Source: an uncultured bacterium
GTDB taxonomy: Bacteria; SAR324; NAC60-12
Assembly (NCBI GenBank): GCA_965662845.1
Contig: CBFIJD010000004.1
Coordinates: 33,281 to 97,280, forward strand
DNA: 64,000 nucleotides
Direction of reading: 5' to 3'
Shown here: positions 27,518 to 37,078 of the stretch, one piece after another
How the letters are laid out: each line of letters starts with the position of its first letter
Numbering within the stretch: the stretch's first letter is position 1
Made by a program: the position numbers and the translations under genes
The notes under the pieces: generated by a model
Told to the model about the DNA's origin: nothing
Seen by the model: only the letters and a program-made list of their open reading frames with translations
Database searches by the model: none

Positions 27518-28174
27518 TTGTCTGTCAATCTTCACATTACTCTCAAGGCGGCCTGCACACTTGACGGCAAGCTCGCGACCCGAACCGGACACTCCCGTTG
27601 GATCACAGGGCCCATCGCCCGTTCGATGGTACATCGTTTGCGTGATGAACATGACGCGATTTTGGTCGGGATCAACACCATCTTGAAAGATGACCCAGAA
27701 CTCACTACCCGTGGGATCCCCAATGGCCGATCCCCAACCCGCGTCATTCTTGACAGCCGAGGAAGACTCCCTGCACAAGCAAAATGCTTGCGAGAGGACG
27801 CTGTCCCTGTCTTTTGGTTTGTCGGGAACGAGGCAGCCCTGGAATTTCAGCCCCCTACCACCGTCGAGCGCATCGTAGCTCCCAGCCCCATACCTGAAAT
27901 CCCTTGGATCTTGGCACAGCTGGAGCAACGGGGAGTCCAATCTTTGCTGGTCGAGGGAGGTAGCAACGTTCATGCTAGTTTCTTGAGACACGCGCAAATC
28001 GATCGTCTCCTACTGTTCATTGCGCCCAAAATCTTAGGCAGCGAAGGCATCTCTTGGTGCGGTCCCCTCGGTCTAGACAACCTAGAGGAAGCCTCTCGCT
28101 GGCGCATCCGCGCCTCTCGTAACCTCGGTGAAGATATATTGATCGAAGCCGACTTTCTAGGACATCCCTCATGA
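27518..28174 (+). CDS. ribD: Stand-alone RibD C-terminal reductase domain (5-amino-6-(5-phosphoribosylamino)uracil reductase)
   Basis: ITLKAACTLDGKLAT..G.SRWITG, DAILVG..T...DDP.LT, LLVEGG, FIAPK; no deaminase domain; coupled to ribBA. Confidence 0.85.
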   Translation: MSVNLHITLKAACTLDGKLATRTGHSRWITGPIARSMVHRLRDEHDAILVGINTILKDDPELTTRGIPNGRSPTRVILDSRGRLPAQAKCLREDAVPVFWFVGNEAALEFQPPTTVERIVAPSPIPEIPWILAQLEQRGVQSLLVEGGSNVHASFLRHAQIDRLLLFIAPKILGSEGISWCGPLGLDNLEEASRWRIRASRNLGEDILIEADFLGHPS

Positions 28175-29409
28175 GTGATTCCGCACTCCGATTTGATCCC
28201 ATTGAAGATGCTATCGCGGACATCAAAGCCGGGAAAATGATCATTTTAGTGGACGATGATGATCGGGAAAATGAAGGCGACCTCGTGTGCGCCGCCGAAA
28301 AAGTTACGCCCGAGATTGTGAACTTCATGGCGACCCACGCGCGCGGCTTGATCTGCCTCGCACTAGACTCCAAACGCACAGAGCAGCTGAACCTCCCGTT
28401 GATGGTCGCTCACAACGAAACTGAGCACGGCACCAACTTCACCGTGAGCATTGAGGCCGCCACAGGGGTGACGACAGGGATCTCGGCGGCAGACCGAGCC
28501 CACACGATCCTGACGGCAATGCAGCCCAGCGCAAGCTCAAATGATCTCGTTCGACCCGGACATATTTTCCCTTTGAGGGCCAACGAAGGGGGGGTCTTGA
28601 AGCGCGCAGGACACACCGAAGGCGCCGTGGATCTGTCTCGACTTGCAGGTTGCCGACCTGGAGGCGTGATCTGCGAGATCATGAACCCTGACGGGACCAT
28701 GGCCCGCTATCCTGAGCTGCGAGAGTTTGCCGACCTGCATGGAATGAGGCTGAGTACCATCGCAGACTTAATCGAATATCGCAAACAGCATGAGTCTTTC
28801 GTGTCCGTTCACGCAGAAGCCACCATGCCGACGGAGTTTGGCTCCTTCAACATTTTCGTGTTTCACAACGAACTCGACGCGAAAGACTACGTGGCCCTCG
28901 TGAAGGGCCAATGGCGCGTTGAGGAGCCGGTGTTAGTCAGAGTGCATTCCCAGTGCTTGACCGGCGATGTTTTTGGATCGCAACGCTGTGATTGTGGCCC
29001 TCAATTACAAGCCGCAATGCGCCTAGTAGAAGCCGAAGGACGCGGCGTCATCTTATACCTTCCTCAAGAGGGTCGCGGGATTGGTTTGCTGAATAAAATC
29101 AAGGCTTACCGGCTGCAAGAAGAAGGCATGGACACGGTGGAAGCGAACCATCATCTGGGGTTCAAAGATGATTTGCGAGATTATGGAATCGGCGCCCAAA
29201 TGTTGCATCAGCTGGGCGTGCGCAAAATGCGGCTGATGACTAACAACCCCCGCAAAATCGTGGGCATCGAAGGGCATGGTCTGGAGGTTGTGGAGCGGGT
29301 TTCCCTCGAGACAGAAAACCATGATCATAACACCGACTACCTCCGCACCAAGCAAGAAAAGCTCGGACATTTGCTGTCGTCCCCACCTTCTAGCACCAAA
29401 ACACCATGA
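28171..29409 (+). CDS. ribBA: Bifunctional DHBP synthase / GTP cyclohydrolase II
   Basis: [57 protein letters not shown]. Confidence 0.97.
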   Translation: MSDSALRFDPIEDAIADIKAGKMIILVDDDDRENEGDLVCAAEKVTPEIVNFMATHARGLICLALDSKRTEQLNLPLMVAHNETEHGTNFTVSIEAATGVTTGISAADRAHTILTAMQPSASSNDLVRPGHIFPLRANEGGVLKRAGHTEGAVDLSRLAGCRPGGVICEIMNPDGTMARYPELREFADLHGMRLSTIADLIEYRKQHESFVSVHAEATMPTEFGSFNIFVFHNELDAKDYVALVKGQWRVEEPVLVRVHSQCLTGDVFGSQRCDCGPQLQAAMRLVEAEGRGVILYLPQEGRGIGLLNKIKAYRLQEEGMDTVEANHHLGFKDDLRDYGIGAQMLHQLGVRKMRLMTNNPRKIVGIEGHGLEVVERVSLETENHDHNTDYLRTKQEKLGHLLSSPPSSTKTP

Positions 29410-30062
29410 AAACTCTGGGGCTCTGGGCGTGTGTTGTCGCCGGGGTTTCTCTCCTGCAGGGATGCTCCACTAGGGGAGAGTGGAAACTTTATCCGATGTA
29501 CCAAACTGTGCCAGAGACGCCGCTCGCGTGGCAACAAACCATCGCGACTAGCTTTCAGCGTGGCCGGCTGTATCTCAACTACGACACCAAGCTGACCGCA
29601 GATGCCCTGTTTCGCAGTGAAAGCTACCGTCAGCAGCTGGTCGATGAAATCGCCAGCGCTCGTCAACTTTCACCTGAAAACACAGCCGACTTCACGCTCC
29701 AACAGAAGCAGGCCTTCGCAAATCGCTTCGAGTTTCTGCTCTTTGTCTATGGCGGCGACAACGACAAAATCAGCATCGGAGAACGCGACTCACTGTGGCA
29801 AATTCGTATGCTTGACGACGATGGAGACCGGATTGCCCCCGTGGAAGTCCGCCGCATCAAACGCACGAACCCCGAGATTGAACTCCTCAAAAAACACCTG
29901 AGGGACGTCGATCGTTGGGTGGAAGTCTATGAGGTGGTGTTCCCCAAACTCAACAAACCCGCCGTCGGTGTCCCCATAGGAACCACCCTGCCCCAACTCA
30001 TTATCAGCGGTGTTCAGGGGCGAGTGGAGCTGAGTTGGCCTGAACCAACCCTCTTTTATTGA
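29406..30062 (+). CDS. Hypothetical lipoprotein
   Basis: Lipobox LLQGC; ATGA overlap with ribBA. Confidence 0.7.
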   Translation: MKTLGLWACVVAGVSLLQGCSTRGEWKLYPMYQTVPETPLAWQQTIATSFQRGRLYLNYDTKLTADALFRSESYRQQLVDEIASARQLSPENTADFTLQQKQAFANRFEFLLFVYGGDNDKISIGERDSLWQIRMLDDDGDRIAPVEVRRIKRTNPEIELLKKHLRDVDRWVEVYEVVFPKLNKPAVGVPIGTTLPQLIISGVQGRVELSWPEPTLFY

Positions 30063-30775
30063 TCCCCCCCCGGTTTCCCCCTGCCTCTCCCCCCTCGAAC
30101 ACAGTTTGTACCTTTTTGAAGATGGATTTCTCTTGACAGAAACCCAACTGCTTCTCCGTTTTTTGACAACTGAAATGGTGTCCTCAAACCCCCTCTGCGC
30201 CCATGCACTGAAGATTCAACGAAGGACTTTTTTCGGAATTTGCAAGTCTTAGATGAGATGAAATTTGGCTCAGAAAAAATCCAACTAGTTTCAGCACGTT
30301 AGAGCTAACACACTGATTTCAAAAAACAAAAAACAGGTTGCTTTCAAAAATCCATTCCCGTATTCTCCTTGCCCTATCGCATTTCAGATCTGAGCGTCGG
30401 AGAATTGAGAGGCTCTGGCGCGCGTTCCTCTCTCTAATTTTTCTGCAGGATGCAGATCCACAAATGAGGCACAATGTCTCGATTCCATCGGACGGAAGCT
30501 CGAATACCAGCTTTATTACGAACTTTTTCGAATCTAGCAGGCTGACGTAGCCACTCTTCGCAAGCGAAAGGTGGTCAGGGCGCTCTATTGCCTAAATCCC
30601 CTGCGCTGACTTCCCGATTCTTAACGTTTAACCCAAAGTCCATTGACGGCATTTCCCGATGCGGACCCCTTCGCCCAGGAGGACGGAGACCGCAGTCCGT
30701 TTGCCCCGCACACTTTCATGGGGGAATGGCGGTGCACTCGGAAAATCCGAATTGGACGTGGATGTTGAGTGAAAG

Positions 30776-32326
30776 ATGGATCTTGACCCAAACCGTTGGC
30801 AACAATGCAAGGCACAGTTGCGGGAACAGCACTTCCCTCAACCGTGTCCGCCATGGCTGGAGCCGCTTCAGCTGACAAAGATCTCTTCAACCAAAGTTAT
30901 CTTTGTCGGCGTCCCCCACCAGATTTATGTCTGTGATATTCGAAACCACCACGAAGAGCTCTTGCGCTCCCTCTTGGAAGAACACTTCCCTGAGTTTGGC
31001 AGCTTCCGCATGCAGCAGTTCGAATATCAAGTTGGCCAAGGAGCTAATCCTGTCCGACCTGTGCAAGAAGAGTTCGGCTTCTTGTCGCCCGAGCCCGTGG
31101 AGGCCGCACCGGCTCTCGAGACGCTCCCAAAGCCACCCGCTGGCGCTCAGCCCTCCACCAAGCGACATACGCCGTCTAAAACGAGCAGCAAGACCTTGGA
31201 CACCGTCGTAGTGGGCAACCACAACCAACTGGCTTTTCGGGCCGCAGAGATGATTGTGAGGGCCCCCGGAGAAGCGTATTCTCCTTTTCTGCTCTATGGA
31301 GCGGAAGGATCCGGCAAAACCTACCTGCTTGAGGCGATTGCTGAGGAGCTGCGTCTCTCCTACCCAGACCTCAACATCGTCTTTCTCTCTGCCGAAGCCT
31401 TCCTGAATGAATTCGTGCGCCACATCCGCACCAAGCAAATGCAGAAATTTCGCGAGCAATATCGACAAGTCGACGTCTTCATCATTGACGATGTGCAAGC
31501 GCTCTCTAGCTCTCCACAATGCCAAACCGAGCTGAAGCACACGCTCAGCACGCTCCGTCAAGAAAACAAACAAATCTTGCTCTCTTGCAACCGCTTGCCA
31601 AGCCAGATTCCAAGTCTCAACAAAACACTGACCTCCAAAATGGAGTCTGGGCTTTCCCTAGATATTCCAAGTCCAGACGAAGAAACCTGCAAACGACTCT
31701 TGGAGCGCAAAGCACGGCAAACAGGGATTCTGCTCTCTCAGAGCGTGTCCGCATATCTCGCGCGTCACCTGCCGCCCAACATCACCCAACTAGAAGCCGC
31801 CTTAACTCGCCTAGGAGCCCACTCTTCTCTGATGGGAGAGGCGATCTCGCTGGAGTTGGTGCAACGTTTGTTAGGACAACGCGCCGCTGTCACAAAGCAG
31901 CAACCAGCGCTGCCAGAGGTGGGCTTCTGTGAGGATCAAGGGGAATTGGAGGATCAAATCATTGAGAAGGTCTGCCACGTCTTGCGGGTCTCTCAAGAAG
32001 AACTGCGCTCCGGTCGCCGAGACAGCCGCGTGGTCAAAGCGAGGCAATTTGTCACCTTCCTCCTCAAAGACCTCTGCGGTCTCTCTCTCTCTCAGATTGG
32101 ATCTAAGCTGGGGCGGAGCCACTCCACCATCCACCACGCGCTACGCAGCGCTGAGAAAAACCAGCGCCAAGACGAACTCTTTGCTCGCCAACTCTCCTCC
32201 CTACAGCGCGAATTTCAGGCACAACTAGACCTCCCTCCGATCCGCACCCAAGCGCCACCACTCCCGTCCTCCTCTCAAGCAGACGCCGCATGGCAGCTTT
32301 CTATGCCACTAGGTGGTCAATCATAG
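30776..32326 (+). CDS. Divergent DnaA-like protein (domains I-IV) with degenerate AAA+ motifs and a C-terminal QLSMPL motif
   Basis: Domain I (W...WLEPL), VVG.HN.LAF.AA, GAEGSGKT, FIIDDVQ, domain IV ARQ...SLSQIG..LGRSHSTIHHA; not flanked by dnaN. Confidence 0.85.
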   Translation: MDLDPNRWQQCKAQLREQHFPQPCPPWLEPLQLTKISSTKVIFVGVPHQIYVCDIRNHHEELLRSLLEEHFPEFGSFRMQQFEYQVGQGANPVRPVQEEFGFLSPEPVEAAPALETLPKPPAGAQPSTKRHTPSKTSSKTLDTVVVGNHNQLAFRAAEMIVRAPGEAYSPFLLYGAEGSGKTYLLEAIAEELRLSYPDLNIVFLSAEAFLNEFVRHIRTKQMQKFREQYRQVDVFIIDDVQALSSSPQCQTELKHTLSTLRQENKQILLSCNRLPSQIPSLNKTLTSKMESGLSLDIPSPDEETCKRLLERKARQTGILLSQSVSAYLARHLPPNITQLEAALTRLGAHSSLMGEAISLELVQRLLGQRAAVTKQQPALPEVGFCEDQGELEDQIIEKVCHVLRVSQEELRSGRRDSRVVKARQFVTFLLKDLCGLSLSQIGSKLGRSHSTIHHALRSAEKNQRQDELFARQLSSLQREFQAQLDLPPIRTQAPPLPSSSQADAAWQLSMPLGGQS

Positions 32327-32521
32327 AGACAGCACTGGCTCAACAAGGTTGGATCACCTCAGAGAGAAGACCGATCGACAGATCAAAGCCCAGCTGGGAA
32401 GACTCGCTTCAGACCGTAGGCGCGCTTGGAGCGGCACATCCCGCAGAAGTTTGGTGAGCGTTTGTTGCGCGAGGAGGGTTCGCTGGAGAAGAGAGAAGGG
32501 AGAGAAACCGAAGAGGGGGAG

Positions 32522-32542
32522 CAGGCAGGAAGGCCCTGCCTG
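32522..32542 (-). terminator. Hairpin just downstream of the 32551-32829 gene
   Basis: CAGGCAGG-AAGGC-CCTGCCTG, followed on the minus strand by a C/T-rich tract rather than poly-U. Confidence 0.55.
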
Positions 32543-32550
32543 TCAGAAAA

Positions 32551-32829
32551 TTACTTGCCAGCTTTTGGTACTGCGGCTTCCATAGTGGACATCATTTCGT
32601 CCAGCATCACCTTCATTTGCTGCATGCTGGCGCGCAATACGTCATACACGTTGCTGACGGCCTGCACCTGCATTTCCTTCATGTCTTTTGCGTAGCTGCT
32701 CATTGGACCAATTTTTTCCATGGCATCGTATGGCATTGCGACCATGTTCTTCTGAACTTCTTCCATGGTTCCCATGCTCTTTTCCATCTGATCTTGCATC
32801 GTGTTGTACATATCTTTGAAAGACGTCAT
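32551..32829 (-). CDS. Small Met-rich amphipathic helical protein (phasin/lipid-body-like?), paralogue of 46460-46783
   Basis: GGAG RBS; 18 Met in 92 aa; ungapped alignment to the 46460-46783 protein. Confidence 0.8.
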   Translation of the reverse strand: MTSFKDMYNTMQDQMEKSMGTMEEVQKNMVAMPYDAMEKIGPMSSYAKDMKEMQVQAVSNVYDVLRASMQQMKVMLDEMMSTMEAAVPKAGK

Positions 32830-32918
32830 TGCTCGACTCCGGATGTGGATTGATTGTGTGCGGTAGATTTTTGGCCTACCAATGAAGAGAGAGCCGCAAG
32901 GCTATCAACTAAAATAAA

Positions 32919-32938
32919 AATTGCAAATGAAATTACAA
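32919..32938. promoter_or_regulatory. Putative operator AATTGCAA-N4-AATTACAA
   Basis: aattgcaa atga aattacaa, ~90 bp upstream of the 32829 start; near-identical motif upstream of the paralogue. Confidence 0.55.
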
Positions 32939-32976
32939 TTCGCACATATTTCATCTAAACCAACCCAGAGTTGTGA

Positions 32977-34548
32977 ATGAATCCTAGACGTTTTTTTCTT
33001 GGTCTCTGCTGCTTTCTGCTCCTCGCCGCGCTCCCCTGCTCGGTATTCGCTCAAAATACGCTGCGTTGGGTCGTCGCAGACCGGATTCAAACGCTTGATC
33101 CACACGCTTTCGCCAACGAAAGTGAGCGCGCGGTTTTGAGCCAGCTCTATGAAACCCTTTTTACGCTTGACGCTGAGCACCAGCCCCAGCCAGAGCTCGT
33201 CGCAGCTTGGGAGCAGCTTTCTCCCAATCGCTGGGAGTTCGTCTTGCACCCAACCGTTCGCTTTCACAACGATCAGAAGTTACAGGCCAGCGACGTCGTG
33301 TTCAGCCTCAAACGCGCGATGCAAGAAGGTTCCACACAACAAGCGCACACTTACTCGCTGCGGGGCATTGAAGCGATCGACGAACTCCGGATTCGCGTCA
33401 CGACCTCTCGCCCCAATCCCTTGCTTTTGCGACAACTCACGCACATTTTTATGGTCTCTGAGCCTTGGATGCGCTCCCAAAGAAGAGCCGACCTCTCTGC
33501 TGGAGCCAGCGGATCCGAAGCGTCGGCGCTGTTGCAAACCAACGGCACCGGCCCCTTTCGCTTGCTTAGTTTAGAACGAGACACCCTCGAACTTGGCCCC
33601 TCGGCAAACTGGTGGCAACCTGTGGAACACCAAGTCGGATCCGTTCAGATCCGCGTAGAGCCCGACGCGCTTCAACAAGTCGAGCTGCTAGAGGATGACG
33701 TCGTCGATTTGCTCACCAATGCCGCCCCTGAACATGTGCCTCGGTTGCAGGCCGACCCCAGCTTGCGGCTAGCCCAACAACCACAAGCGCGGACGTTGTT
33801 CTTGGGATTCAATGTCTTAAAGCGACGCTCCCCAGACGAAACGGCAGCCAACCCCCTCTCCAGCGCTCAGGTGCGACGAGCCCTCGCTCACGCGATTGAC
33901 CGCGCCCAGCTCCAGAGAGAACACTGGCCAGCACAAGGGAACCTCGCGCAAAGCTTTCTGCCCGATGTAGTCCAGAACGCTCCGCCTCCGACCATCGAGC
34001 TGCCCGCTTTTGACCCTGACTTGGCCCGCAAACTGCTGCGTGAGATCGGATACGAGGAAGGCTTTCCTCTCAATCTCGATTGCCCCAACGATCGCTACTT
34101 CAAAACCGAAGAGATTTGTCGCAGCATCATGGAAATGCTCATTCGGGTCGGCATCGACGTCTCCCTCAATTTGCGACCGTCCGCTCGTCACTTTGATTAT
34201 CTGCAGCAAGGCCAATCTGACTTCTTTTTGCTCGGCTGGGGCGTCCCCACTGGCGACGCGCACCACCCGCTGTTCTACTTGTTTCGCTCCGGCGGAACGT
34301 GGAACTTCACGGGGTACGCGCGGGGCCTTGTCGACTCTTTGCTGGAAGCGGCAAACACCGAGACACGTCTCCCGCTTCGCCACGAAATGATCGCCTTGGC
34401 TTGGAAAGTGACCGCAAGCGATTTGCTTTATCTGCCGCTGCTGCACCCTCTACACACTTGGGTAACGCGCAACAACTGGGAGATTCCAGTCGGCAACGAC
34501 GGGGTTCCTCACTTGCGCCAGGCTCGTATTCTTCCCGAAGACTCCTAA
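32977..34548 (+). CDS. ABC transporter substrate-binding protein, family 5 (DppA/OppA-like)
   Basis: Signal peptide, TLDPH, LYETL, V.FHN....A.DVVFSLKR, NGTGPF, VRRALAHAIDR, LDCPNDRY. Confidence 0.9.
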   Translation: MNPRRFFLGLCCFLLLAALPCSVFAQNTLRWVVADRIQTLDPHAFANESERAVLSQLYETLFTLDAEHQPQPELVAAWEQLSPNRWEFVLHPTVRFHNDQKLQASDVVFSLKRAMQEGSTQQAHTYSLRGIEAIDELRIRVTTSRPNPLLLRQLTHIFMVSEPWMRSQRRADLSAGASGSEASALLQTNGTGPFRLLSLERDTLELGPSANWWQPVEHQVGSVQIRVEPDALQQVELLEDDVVDLLTNAAPEHVPRLQADPSLRLAQQPQARTLFLGFNVLKRRSPDETAANPLSSAQVRRALAHAIDRAQLQREHWPAQGNLAQSFLPDVVQNAPPPTIELPAFDPDLARKLLREIGYEEGFPLNLDCPNDRYFKTEEICRSIMEMLIRVGIDVSLNLRPSARHFDYLQQGQSDFFLLGWGVPTGDAHHPLFYLFRSGGTWNFTGYARGLVDSLLEAANTETRLPLRHEMIALAWKVTASDLLYLPLLHPLHTWVTRNNWEIPVGNDGVPHLRQARILPEDS

Positions 34549-34560
34549 CTCAAGCACACC

Positions 34561-36369
34561 ATGGAACCGCAAGCCCCCGCCCAATACGACGAAAGTAAGA
34601 TCATTACGCTCTCCTCCCTAGAGCACATTCGCAAACGCCCTGGAATGTATATTGGACGACTAGGGAATGGTTCTCAGGCTGGCGACGGAATTTACATTTT
34701 GCTCAAAGAGATCATCGACAACGCCGTCGATGAGTTCATCATGGGCCACGGCAAACGCATCGACATCACTCTGAGCGACCGCGAGCTTACCGTACGAGAC
34801 TATGGACGCGGGATTCCGCTCGGGAAGCTCGTCGAGTGTGTCTCTAGCATCAACACAGGCGCCAAGTACAACAACGACGTGTTCCAGTTCAGCGTTGGTC
34901 TGAACGGAGTCGGGACCAAAGCGGTGAATGCGCTTTCGTCTGAATTTGAGATTCGCGCCTATCGGGAGGGCAAATCGGCCGTCGCGTTCTTCAAAGAGGG
35001 CGTGCTGCAAACAGAGCAACAGGAGCTGAGCGCCTCAGAAAAGAATGGCACCTTTGTGCGCTTTCGCCCGGACGAGACGCTCTTCCCACGCTTTCAGTAC
35101 GACCTGCGCATCATTGAAAAGCAGCTCTGGAACTATGCTTATCTCAATCGGGGCCTCGCGCTTTATTTCAACGGCACCAAGTTTAAGTCCGAACGAGGCT
35201 TGGCTGACTTGCTGGAGAAAGAAGTGGGCGAGCAGGCGCTCTATGACGTCGTGCACATCCGGCAAGATCTCCTCGAGTTTGCGATCACGCACACCGACCG
35301 TTACGGCGAGACCAATTTCAGTTTTGTGAATGGCCATTTCACCAGCGATGGCGGCTCGCATTTGAGCGCGTTCCGAGAAGGAATCCTCAAAGGGATCAAC
35401 GAGTTTTACAAAGGCAGTTATCAAGGCCCCGACGTGCGCGAAGGCGCCGTTTGTGCCGTCGCCGTGAAAGTCCAAGAGCCTATTTTTGAGTCGCAAACTA
35501 AAAATAAGTTGGGCAACACGGACTTGCGCTGGATTGTTCCAGCAGTGCGCGACAGCTTTGTGGACGCGCTCTTCAAACACCCTGACGCAGCCGAAGCGCT
35601 CAAGCGCAAAGTTCAGATGAACGAGAAAGTGCGCAAAGAGCTCTCCAACGTCAAAAAAGCCGTCCGAGAAAACGCCAAGAAAACCTCCTTGGCGATTCCC
35701 AACCTCAAAGACTGCAAGTTTCACCGAGGGGACGCCAAGGGCCGTGGCAACGAAAGTTTGATTTTTCTCACAGAAGGGCAGTCCGCCGGCGGAAGCATGA
35801 TCAGCTCTCGCGATGTGTTGACTCAGGCGATTTTTTGCTTGAAGGGCAAGCCGCTGAACTGCTTCGGTCAGGGGAGAGAAGCGCTCTACAAAAATGTTGA
35901 GCTGTACAACATTATGAAAACGCTGGGGATCGAAGACTCGGTCGACGATTTGCGCTATGAAAAAGTGGTCCTCGCCACCGATGCCGACGTCGATGGTCTC
36001 CACATCCGCAACCTACTCATCACATTTTTTCTGCAATATTTTGAAGACTTGGTGCTCCGTGGACATCTCTTCATTTTAGAGACCCCCCTCTTTCGCGTCC
36101 GCAACCAAAAAGAAGTCCGCTATTGCTACAACGACCACGAAAAAGAGGCCGCTGCTCAAGAATTACGCAAAGGCAAACATCTTGAGATCACGCGGTTTAA
36201 GGGCTTAGGCGAAATTTCTCCCAAAGAGTTTGGTCAATTCATTGGCCCCGACATTCGTCTCCTGTCCGTGCGTGTGGAACACATTCATGAAGTGGAAGGT
36301 CTGCTCAGCTTCTATATGGGCAGCAACACCAGCGAACGCAAACAGTACATTATGGAGCATTTGATTTGA
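34561..36369 (+). CDS. parE: DNA topoisomerase IV subunit B (type II topoisomerase B, ParE-like)
   Basis: EHIRKRPGMYIG, EIIDNAVDE, DYGRGIP, GLNGVG, TEGQSA, ATDADVDG.HI, RFKGLGE. Confidence 0.9.
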   Translation: MEPQAPAQYDESKIITLSSLEHIRKRPGMYIGRLGNGSQAGDGIYILLKEIIDNAVDEFIMGHGKRIDITLSDRELTVRDYGRGIPLGKLVECVSSINTGAKYNNDVFQFSVGLNGVGTKAVNALSSEFEIRAYREGKSAVAFFKEGVLQTEQQELSASEKNGTFVRFRPDETLFPRFQYDLRIIEKQLWNYAYLNRGLALYFNGTKFKSERGLADLLEKEVGEQALYDVVHIRQDLLEFAITHTDRYGETNFSFVNGHFTSDGGSHLSAFREGILKGINEFYKGSYQGPDVREGAVCAVAVKVQEPIFESQTKNKLGNTDLRWIVPAVRDSFVDALFKHPDAAEALKRKVQMNEKVRKELSNVKKAVRENAKKTSLAIPNLKDCKFHRGDAKGRGNESLIFLTEGQSAGGSMISSRDVLTQAIFCLKGKPLNCFGQGREALYKNVELYNIMKTLGIEDSVDDLRYEKVVLATDADVDGLHIRNLLITFFLQYFEDLVLRGHLFILETPLFRVRNQKEVRYCYNDHEKEAAAQELRKGKHLEITRFKGLGEISPKEFGQFIGPDIRLLSVRVEHIHEVEGLLSFYMGSNTSERKQYIMEHLI

Positions 36370-36986
36370 GCGCCATCACCGCGTTATGGCAACAGACTGG
36401 CGTCATCCTGGTTCCACTGCTCTTCTGCTCGCTTTTGTCGCTTGGCGTCATTGTGGAGCGCCTGTTCAGCCTGCGCCGTCGCGCTCTCTTCCCTGATGCC
36501 AGCACACACAGCCTCTTCAAGACCTTCCGTGAAACGCCGCCTCACCTCCCGATTGCCGGCGAGTTCCTGCATTTTCCACTGGGACGCATCGTGCATTATG
36601 CAGGCGAACGCACCCTGCTTGCGGCGTTTTTGCAGCGTCTTCAAAGCCAGGCTCGCCGCGAGCAGCATCACCTTCAGCGTGGGCTGGTGTTGCTTGAGGT
36701 GGTCGCAGGGGTCGCGCCGCTGTTGGGGCTACTGGGAACGGCGCTCGGAATGGTGGAGGTCTTTCAAACGCTCAACTTAGAAGGAGCCCAACGCAGCGCC
36801 GTGCTCAGTCAAGGGATCTCTCAGGCGCTCTTCACAACTGTGCTTGGGCTTGTTGTGGCGATTCCGTCGTTCGTGGCGTTTCATCTCTTTCAGCGCCACA
36901 TCGAGGGGTGCTCCCTGCAACTGGACACGGACTTGCAGCGCATCGCAGAAATTGTCGAGAGCCAAGCCGCCACCGGCTCCTCCTAG
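36366..36986 (+). CDS. MotA/TolQ/ExbB proton channel family protein
   Basis: APLLGLLGT.LGM, GISQALFTT..GL.VAIP. Confidence 0.85.
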   Translation: MSAITALWQQTGVILVPLLFCSLLSLGVIVERLFSLRRRALFPDASTHSLFKTFRETPPHLPIAGEFLHFPLGRIVHYAGERTLLAAFLQRLQSQARREQHHLQRGLVLLEVVAGVAPLLGLLGTALGMVEVFQTLNLEGAQRSAVLSQGISQALFTTVLGLVVAIPSFVAFHLFQRHIEGCSLQLDTDLQRIAEIVESQAATGSS

Positions 36987-37078
36987 CTCATGCGACAATC
37001 GCCATTTGACCCCATCGGGGTGCCTCTGCTATATCCATCGGCTTTTTGCCAGACCCTATCATTGTTGGAGTGAAGACT

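Noticed and set aside
30540..30720. c-di-GMP or FMN riboswitch upstream of the DnaA-like gene or near the rib genes
   Set aside because: Hairpins are present but the conserved consensus blocks of these riboswitches are not.
30063..32326. oriC plus canonical dnaA
   Set aside because: There are no perfect DnaA boxes, no dnaN/gyrB/rpmH context, and key AAA+ arginines are missing.
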